DNA of 20,000 nucleotides from an uncultured virus (IMG/VR IMGVR_UViG_3300015608_001493). Lineage: Duplodnaviria > Heunggongvirae > Uroviricota > Caudoviricetes. How positions within the stretch are numbered: the stretch's first letter is position 1; every line of letters begins with the position of its first letter. Positions 7,911-15,600 of the stretch are shown one piece after another. Position numbers and translations under genes: made by a program. The notes beneath the pieces were generated by a model that had not been told where the DNA came from, did no database searches, and was given only the letters and a program-made list of their open reading frames with translations. The DNA lies in the IMG/VR virus record IMGVR_UViG_3300015608_001493, one strand, 5' to 3'.

Positions 7911-9974
7911 TTATTCCCAACGTTGCCAATTAATTGTTGTTCCACCAGTAATTCTTGCTTGTAATACTACGTGACCATTCTGAGGCACATCTGTAATCTG
8001 AGAACCACCATTAATGTTTTGGTTTGCTCCGTTTGCAAGAATATCAATCGCGTTTGAGTTTACATTAAATATAAATAACCATTCTCCATCTGATACGTTT
8101 CCATCCGCAGGAAGAGTTACTGTTGAACCTGCTGATGCCACATTAAGATATACATAAGAGTTAGTACCATTTAATGTCGATGCGTTTGTAGTAATTGTGG
8201 TATATGTACCAATTTCATTCGTAGTGGTTACGGCCAAACTATAAGTGTTGGTTCCAGTAAACGTTTGGTTTGCATTCAGTAACGCAATGTTTGAACTGTT
8301 GGATAAGTCCGTAGAAGCAATTGTTGACCAAGATGCGGTAGTACCATTGGATTTCAAAAAAGTATTGTTTGCACCAATATTAAGTTTGTTCCAGGTATTA
8401 CCTGCGGCACCTACTAACAAATCGCCTGTTGCGGTGGTTCCTGTTCCAGTACCACCTCTTGTTGCAGCAAGTGTACCTGTCCAACCCAATGTCATACTAA
8501 AAGAATTAAGAACAGAGTTTGTAGGGCTACCACCAAGAGTAAGAGTTACATTTGTATCATCAGACTTAGTAACAGAACCAGCAGTGTTATATGAAGGTGC
8601 GGCACTTGATCCTGTGTTGTTACCAAACCAAGTATTTGCACTAGCGTTACTCAAAGTAAAACTAAGTGCGGGGGTAGTTGTGGCAGTGGCTACCGAAGTG
8701 GTAAACAATGGAGACAGGTTGCCAGAAGAGAAATTAGTAACCGTACCAGGAGTAATCCATGTTATACCACCCGTTGCTTTACTTGGAACCTGACCGTTTG
8801 ACGCAGCAGAGTAACCTCTAATACCTAACGGGTTAGCAGTTACACCCCATCCAATTAATGAAGAGTCTCGAACTACAACCTGAGAACCCCAGTTATCTGC
8901 GCCTGAACCAGGGTTTTGCCAACTTGGTAAACCACTGTTTAACGTAAGAACTTGACCGTTTATCCCAACTCCTAATCGAGCAATATTACCAGAAGAGTTT
9001 CTATAAAATAAATCACCTGTTGCATCAGAACCTAAGTTTAATCGCATACCACCTGAAACAGTAAGAATGTTGGAACCATTAGGTGTTGCGCCAATACCTA
9101 CCTGTCCATTAAAAAAGTTATCTGCCCCAGAATTGGATTGATAAATACCATAACCACTGGCATTATCAATTTGAATTGATCGCCAATCAGCAGCACTTGT
9201 TAAAGTAGGATTCAAACGAACACCATAAGAAATACCTGTGTGTTCACCAGTTTGGTTAATTGTTGGAGCAACCTCAACTCCTGTGAAAGTGTTTGTTCCT
9301 GATGCAGTTGGAGCAAAACCTGTTATGATTCTTCCTGTTATAACATTCTGAGTTGTTGATGTTTTACTTCCACCATCAAAAGTTACCACTGGAACAGAAG
9401 CAATACTTGCGCCATTTGTTAAAGTAATACCACCAGACGCATTTGTAATATTTATCCCAGAGGCCCCGGCACTATTAGCCTGTATTTCCAAAGAGGTTGC
9501 CCCCACTACAAACCCTGAACTCAACTGTAATGCGTTAGCGCCAGAAGAGTTAAACAGTCTTAATACCCCAGAGTCTGTTAAATCTGTCTTTTTTACACCA
9601 TCACTTGAATAGTGTGTAAAGGCAAAGGTAGTTAATGTAGTACCTGTACCAAATAAGGTTAATCGAGACGCAGGTTGTGAAAACGATCTACCGATAGAAA
9701 GTCTTTTTGATGAATCAAATACATATGAAGTATCGCCGCTAATAGTTGTGGCATTTGTAAAAAACGCAACTTGTCTTGCGGTACCAGACGCGTTTGTAAT
9801 AACACCAAGTGTTGAAAGTGGAACAGGCTTCCAAGCAGATCCATCCCATCGCAACACATCGTTAGTTATAGCACCATCTTGGTTAAGAATCCATTGGAAG
9901 TTTCCATTCGCCTGCGAAAAGAGTTTAACCACAGACAACAGTGTGATAAAAAGAGTTAATTTAATTTTATTCAT
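7911..9974 (-). CDS. Tail-fibre-like protein (687 aa) with signal peptide
   Basis: MNKIKLTLFITLLSVVKLFS|Q start; T/G/S-rich; ANQTFTGTNT and LAATRGGTG fibre motifs; C-terminal VTLP...DG.. beta-sandwich paralogous to that of 9967-11874. Confidence 0.8.
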   Translation of the reverse strand: MNKIKLTLFITLLSVVKLFSQANGNFQWILNQDGAITNDVLRWDGSAWKPVPLSTLGVITNASGTARQVAFFTNATTISGDTSYVFDSSKRLSIGRSFSQPASRLTLFGTGTTLTTFAFTHYSSDGVKKTDLTDSGVLRLFNSSGANALQLSSGFVVGATSLEIQANSAGASGINITNASGGITLTNGASIASVPVVTFDGGSKTSTTQNVITGRIITGFAPTASGTNTFTGVEVAPTINQTGEHTGISYGVRLNPTLTSAADWRSIQIDNASGYGIYQSNSGADNFFNGQVGIGATPNGSNILTVSGGMRLNLGSDATGDLFYRNSSGNIARLGVGINGQVLTLNSGLPSWQNPGSGADNWGSQVVVRDSSLIGWGVTANPLGIRGYSAASNGQVPSKATGGITWITPGTVTNFSSGNLSPLFTTSVATATTTPALSFTLSNASANTWFGNNTGSSAAPSYNTAGSVTKSDDTNVTLTLGGSPTNSVLNSFSMTLGWTGTLAATRGGTGTGTTATGDLLVGAAGNTWNKLNIGANNTFLKSNGTTASWSTIASTDLSNSSNIALLNANQTFTGTNTYSLAVTTTNEIGTYTTITTNASTLNGTNSYVYLNVASAGSTVTLPADGNVSDGEWLFIFNVNSNAIDILANGANQNINGGSQITDVPQNGHVVLQARITGGTTINWQRWE

Positions 9975-11874
9975 GTCTTTGCCAGTTTATTGTAATACCT
10001 GAGATTCTTGCGTGTAATGTAATATGACCATCCTTAGGAATATCTAACACGGAAAGTCCACCATTAATATTTTGATTTGTTCCATTTCGATTAACATCTA
10101 ATGGAGTGTTATTCAAGTTGTAAATTATAAAATAGTCTCCATCAGCAACGTTTGCATCCAAAGGTAGTGTAACTGATGCTCCACCTGTACTAATATTACA
10201 GTAAACTACTGTAAAGTTCCCAGATAAAGTGGACCCATTTGTAGTCACTGTTTCATAGTTCACCCTTTGTTTGTTGGATTGAACCGTACCTAAAACACTA
10301 AGTGTGTTTATACCACTTACATAAGTAAGGTTTGCGTAACTACCTAATGTGTTAGTACCAGTAAACACAGGTACTCTGGTAGTTGCTCCACTAATAGTTG
10401 TGGTTACAGGATCAATCCAAGTAATTCCTGCTGTGGATTTACTTGGTACCTGACCATTGGAGGCTCCTGAATAGTTTCTGATTCCTAACTCACTGCCCAT
10501 GACACCTGTACCTTGTAACGAAGTATCTCTTTTTACAACCTGTGTTCCCCAGTTATCACCTGAGCCTCCACCAACATCGTTTGCTGGTGCCCATTGAGAA
10601 CCGTTCCATTTAAGAACTTGACCACTTGTAGCACCGATTTGTTCTAACTGATTTGGGTTAATCTTAGTTGTATCAATATAGTTTACTATATATTCTTTAT
10701 CTACCAAAGAACGATTGTCATAAGACGAGTGTAGTTTACTCGTATATTTAATCAATTTAGTAGAACTCGTTTTACTATCACTAATGGTAATTGTGTTTGT
10801 TACAATCCCTCCTGTACTTACTTGAAATCGAATTGTCTCAGGTCTGGTAACAATGTTTGTATAACTAAAACCGTTTGTAGTACCAAGATAAGCACTTGTA
10901 TCAGAAGGACTAATAATAAGTGCTCCACCTTGACTTGGATAACCCGATGTTAATATTCCACCTACCTGAGTGCTATCAGTGTAACCTCCGATAAGAAAAG
11001 ATCCGTTTCTATTATACATAGTTACAGTTCCTTTACCAGAGGAGTAAGATACGTTTGTTCTATTATCCGTAATTGTAGGAACAGTGTAAAGGTTTGATTT
11101 AATACCTAAAAACAAGGAGTCTACTGTTCTAGTGACTCCTTGTTTTGCTATAACGTTTGATCCACCTACTACTGCACCGGGGGTCCATGTTGAACCATTC
11201 CATACTAACGCTTGCCCTGACGTAGCACCCATTTGATTAATGTCTGTTCCACGTAAACCACCAGGTCTAACATGAGTAGAATCAATAACATCAGGTGCCT
11301 GTAACCTATTAATTGTCCACATCATTGTGTCGGCCCCAACCCTTAACCAATTATTAGAATAAATAAACGCTCCGCCATCATAAGAACCAATATCAAGTTT
11401 ACCTACTTGTGATGATCCTACTGAATCTATGAATGTCATTTTTGCTCCAAAAGGATCACCTGATTGCATTTTATTCTGAATCATTATGTAAGGTGCTCCT
11501 GTCAAGTCATCCAAAGACCGTTCCCCTTTAAGAATTAAAGTTCGGTTTTGTGCAAAATTTAAATACCGATTAGAATAAATAAACGATTGATTCGCGTTAT
11601 CTCCACCTAAAAGAATAGAGTCGTTCTTAACTAAGATGCCTTGTTTACCAATATACCAAAGTTTCTCCTCAACCCATTGAGTACCATCCCAGTAATAGTA
11701 TTTTCCGGTTTGATGCACATATGCTCGTCTTGATGCGTTCTTATCAGTGTTGCTGACGGTTGTTGCAGTTAAGTTTGAATATGTAGCAAACCGCCTAAAA
11801 CCAAAAGCCCCTTCGCTTTGAGAATAAAGAAACACAGTCAAAAGTATAAATCCGAATGTTAATAACAGTCTCAT
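9967..11874 (-). CDS. Tail-fibre-like protein (635 aa) with signal peptide
   Basis: MRLLLTFGFILLTVFLYS|Q start; two GATSGQ.L.WNGS.W.P repeats; GDNWGTQVV module; C-terminal domain ending INWQRHE. Overlaps the next gene by 8 bp. Confidence 0.8.
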   Translation of the reverse strand: MRLLLTFGFILLTVFLYSQSEGAFGFRRFATYSNLTATTVSNTDKNASRRAYVHQTGKYYYWDGTQWVEEKLWYIGKQGILVKNDSILLGGDNANQSFIYSNRYLNFAQNRTLILKGERSLDDLTGAPYIMIQNKMQSGDPFGAKMTFIDSVGSSQVGKLDIGSYDGGAFIYSNNWLRVGADTMMWTINRLQAPDVIDSTHVRPGGLRGTDINQMGATSGQALVWNGSTWTPGAVVGGSNVIAKQGVTRTVDSLFLGIKSNLYTVPTITDNRTNVSYSSGKGTVTMYNRNGSFLIGGYTDSTQVGGILTSGYPSQGGALIISPSDTSAYLGTTNGFSYTNIVTRPETIRFQVSTGGIVTNTITISDSKTSSTKLIKYTSKLHSSYDNRSLVDKEYIVNYIDTTKINPNQLEQIGATSGQVLKWNGSQWAPANDVGGGSGDNWGTQVVKRDTSLQGTGVMGSELGIRNYSGASNGQVPSKSTAGITWIDPVTTTISGATTRVPVFTGTNTLGSYANLTYVSGINTLSVLGTVQSNKQRVNYETVTTNGSTLSGNFTVVYCNISTGGASVTLPLDANVADGDYFIIYNLNNTPLDVNRNGTNQNINGGLSVLDIPKDGHITLHARISGITINWQRHE

Positions 11875-12302
11875 GCTTTACGCCTTTTAATTACTCCTTC
11901 GGACATACCATAAGGGTTATTAGATGTTAGTTCGTAAAGACCATTTAAAGGTACTCCCCCCATACCTGCGGTGGTATCATCATCAAATGACCCGTAAATA
12001 ATAATGGAGTTACCACCTATATAGTTAATATAGGTAATGAGGTTTTCGATTAACTGTTGAAGAGTTCCATCTGTATAGGTTGTATCTCCAATAGTATAAT
12101 CGCCCTCAATAATAATATTCTCTAAGTTAATAGTGACCCCACCATCAATATTTAGAGAATATATACAACAGTCTTCTGTGTTTACCAGACCCTTCTTTAA
12201 AAGGAAACTACCTATAAGATCATCTAACTTGGGTCCATAATATCTTCTGCCCGGTTTGATTTCCTCAAGTAAGCCTGGTTTAAATACATAACTAGGCAGC
12301 AT
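11871..12302 (-). CDS. Small putative virion protein (143 aa) with DCC-type N-terminal domain and fibre-like C-terminal motif
   Basis: ATGA overlap with the downstream gene. N-terminus is paralogous to 12309-12590. C-terminal FDDDTTAGMGGVPLNGLY resembles a motif recurrent at phage fibre ends. Confidence 0.65.
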   Translation of the reverse strand: MLPSYVFKPGLLEEIKPGRRYYGPKLDDLIGSFLLKKGLVNTEDCCIYSLNIDGGVTINLENIIIEGDYTIGDTTYTDGTLQQLIENLITYINYIGGNSIIIYGSFDDDTTAGMGGVPLNGLYELTSNNPYGMSEGVIKRRKA

Positions 12303-12308
12303 TACTTA

Positions 12309-12590
12309 TTAGGGTACAGCAGTAATATCTACGGTGAATAAGTTACCCTCTCCACTTTTCCAGTACATTACTTCTGCTACTGCAAAAAGAGAGTTGTTAG
12401 GAATTGTTGGATCAGTTTCATCCGTAACAATAGGGAGAGACGGAAACATTTTGCAACAATCATCTGTGCGAGTTGCCATTTGCATATCAAGCAAAGAATC
12501 TTCGGTTACTCGTCTAAGGTCCAGACCCTTTTGTTTTTTACCTGGAAACATCTTTTCAAAATAACCCATTTTAATTAACCATCTAGTCAT
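12309..12590 (-). CDS. Small putative virion protein (93 aa) with DCC-type N-terminal domain
   Basis: Same strand and packing as neighbours; shares the K.G..E...PG++..G..L......LL.....T.DCC pattern with the next gene. Confidence 0.7.
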   Translation of the reverse strand: MTRWLIKMGYFEKMFPGKKQKGLDLRRVTEDSLLDMQMATRTDDCCKMFPSLPIVTDETDPTIPNNSLFAVAEVMYWKSGEGNLFTVDITAVP

Positions 12591-12672
12591 AATCGTATGT
12601 CTGTTTAAAAGTTTAGATAATATAGTAATTTCTGTTTAATCTTCCTAACCTTAGGTTTAATAATAAACATTA
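12591..12672 (-). promoter_or_regulatory. Candidate regulatory or promoter interval between the giant gene and the fibre operon
   Basis: The only gap over 25 bp in the window. Holds a 9-bp direct repeat TCTGTTTAA (12600-12608, 12631-12639) flanking TACTATATTA (minus strand), and a short inverted repeat CCTAA-CC-TTAGG (12644-12655). Confidence 0.35.
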
Positions 12673-15600
12673 TTATCGTTTAATCATAGCAATAAACGAT
12701 TGTATTCTACCCTCAGGGTTTTCAGTTGCATAAAGCCAGTTATCATACTGGATAAATTTTGTAAAATAGTGTTCCAGTTTTGAATCACCTTTTTCAATAT
12801 TGAACTGAGGTATATTCTTTTGGTAGTATGCGTTTTCTTTACCAAGAACTAATCCATATGTAGCATCTATCATTTTACTTAAATCCTCAGCCGCAGCAAA
12901 ACCTGTGGTAGGGTTTTTAACCAAGCGAAGGGTTTCGGTGAATACTGGTGGAATAACCTGAGACTCTACGTTAAAAAATGGCATCATTGATAATGTTTCT
13001 GTTTCACTCTTTGCTTGAAGCACCATTAATAACGCAAGGTTTTCTGCATAACTATTGTCTTTAAGTTTTTTAAACTTATCAGGGTCATCCGCGTCAAACC
13101 CAAACACTAATGAGATTAATATGGAAGAACCTATAACAAAAACAATCTCGTTGAGGGTTGTCATATAGTTTCTCTTTTCTTCCTCAGTATAAGTGTTCCA
13201 GTATAACTTTCCATGTTGAACAAAATCTTTTAACATTTGGTAAGATAGTCTACCAAACGTTCTCCAATAACCTTCAATTTCTTCACCTACCATATAGTTG
13301 GGTCGAGATTTATCAAACCTTCTCCGAAGCATTGGGATCATCCAATTCTTAAAATAAAGAAGAGTCTGACCAATCGTATATGTAGATAGTAAAGTTTTAC
13401 TATCCACCTTACCTTGTGTATATTCAAGAACAGTATGATAACCTAATTTAAGGTTCATCATATAGTCCATATCAATAGGTTTTCCTGTACGATAGTCTAC
13501 AAACCCCGGTTTAATAGATAGTTTACTATCTTTCTTTTCTAATATTTCGTAAAGAGTTTTAACCTCTCCGTTTTCTCCTTTTACTTTTTTATGATAAAGA
13601 TGTCCATAAAGAAGGTTTGCTGAAATAGAAAACTCCATCCCTTCATTAAAGAGATAAATATGTCGTTCTTGTAAAAGTCTTTTTGAACCACCTTTAAGAA
13701 TCAATTCTCCCAGTTTTAAATGATGTGGGTTAAAAAAGGTAAGAATGTAATAATCAAGACTTCTGTCTTTTGGGTCTCTCTCAATCTCTGACATAAACTT
13801 AAAGAAGTTAGTTCCCAAGTTTAGAGAGGCTTTTCTCATTGACGAAGGTGAAGACCAGTTTGCAAACTGGTTTCCTATGATATTTTGAAGCCTACCCTGT
13901 AAGTTGTTCTTTAAAGTATTTGCAAAACCAAAAGGAAGACCTAAGGTTCCTATTGTGTTAAGTTTACGAACTCTTGTTAATGTTTGATCAATTTGTTTTC
14001 CATATTTACCAAGTTCGTATTGTTTGTTCATTCCGTAAACATGGTGATCTAAATAAAACCTGAATGCTTTGTAGCGATTTTTATTAGTGTCCACAGGTCT
14101 ACCTCTTTGATCTAACTGTAAAGAAGTAGATTGTAAACTATCCTCAATAAGTCTGAAAAGTTTAGACTCTTTTAGCATCCTTTGGGATTTTGCTGTACTT
14201 CCAGCAAACATTATCGTGGTTAAGAGAATATCTTTGGACACTCTTTCTGGCTCCATATAATGTGAATAGGGTACAGCAATTCTTGTATACCGTGCAACAT
14301 TATCAGTGGAGTTTTCAGAAGGCTCTTCCTTTCCTGTAACCCCATTAAGCCAACTGATAAAACGCTGTTTTAAACTTTTCTTTTCACCCTCAGTCTCAGA
14401 GTAGTTTCCTTCACCTTCTTCAAATCGGTTCTCTTTTTGAATAAAGTTTTGAAACATGTTTTTAAAATATTCTCCTGTTTCTAAATCTCGCTTTGCCACA
14501 GAAGGTAACCCAAAACCTATTTTAGCCTCTCTCGGGGTGTAGGGATCGGATTGGGTTTCAAGATGGTATTCAGTAATTTCTTTGAGGATTTGTTTTAACC
14601 CTTCGTTAGAACCTTGCATTAATTTCAGATAAGCCTGATTAAAGTAGGTCTGGCTTTTTGGAAGCCATTTTTTATTAATCGGATTCCATGTTACCCAATC
14701 AACTTTTTCAGTTTTAAACTCTGGTTTCACCTGACGAATAGAATATTGCATGGATGGAACCATCAGAATATTTTTACTTTCAATAGGTTCTATCTTCATC
14801 CATATATAAGTAGGACTCCAATTAAAAACTTCGTTACCATCAACTATTGAAGATTTTAAAAAGTGGTTATCCTTAAACCACTTTGTAAACTCGTCGTTTT
14901 CATTTTCAACAAACGATCTAAACTCTAGTGTATTTATGACAGCGTTTAAGTTAGAGTTCTCTTCAATTTGCAACCCCGGGTATTTAGAATTAAACTTTTC
15001 AAGAAACCCACTCTCTCTTGCGATTGTTACGAACTGTTCGTTATAAGCATCGGTAGTAGATTTAGACTGAATTGATTGTAATTTTTTAATTAACTCGGTT
15101 AGAGTTTTCTTTTTCTCTTTAATTTCTATCGAGTAGACTCCTTTTGCCTCTTCTCTTGCTGCTCGTTTTGCATCTTCAATCTTTTGCTCATAACTTAGAA
15201 CTTTCTTCTGAATTTCAGGAGTGCTTACTGAACCATCTAATATGTTATCTTCGTCCCGTAAGGGAGAAGCCAGGTTCATTAAGGATTCCCATTCTTCTTT
15301 AAGGTCAAGTGTTGTGACACCTTGTAACTCGTTAATCTCGTTAGTGAGTTGGCTTATTCCTTCTGAAAGTTGTGCTCTTTCATCATACCACTCTTGGGTA
15401 AACCTGGTCACAGTGTTATCGTTTAACCAATCTAATATCTCAAATGGTGCGTTCTCCTTAGCATATTGGTAAAGTTCTGAGAATGATTCTTTGTTTACCA
15501 AAGACATAAGAGTTTGATATACATCTTCCTCTATGTCCATTGTGTTTAAAAGAATTGTAAACTCTGTTCTGAACTTTTGATAATTAGGTTGGTATTCATA

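Noticed and set aside
7910..7945. ORF-track N-terminal extension MEQQLIGNVGNN of the 1582-aa protein
   Set aside because: It overlaps the upstream gene's end from a GTG. The ATG at 7909 fits the coupling pattern and gives a clean signal peptide.
1391..10002. Plus-strand ORFs (1391-1720, 1961-2242, 3561-3848, 4530-4730, 5337-5588, 8245-8793, 9748-10002) and short alternate-frame minus ORFs (3580-3774, 5161-5442, 9659-9859)
   Set aside because: They lie almost entirely inside long fibre genes. The plus-strand ones are Val/Pro/Leu-rich antisense shadows of Thr/Gly/Ser codons, and none has recognisable motifs.
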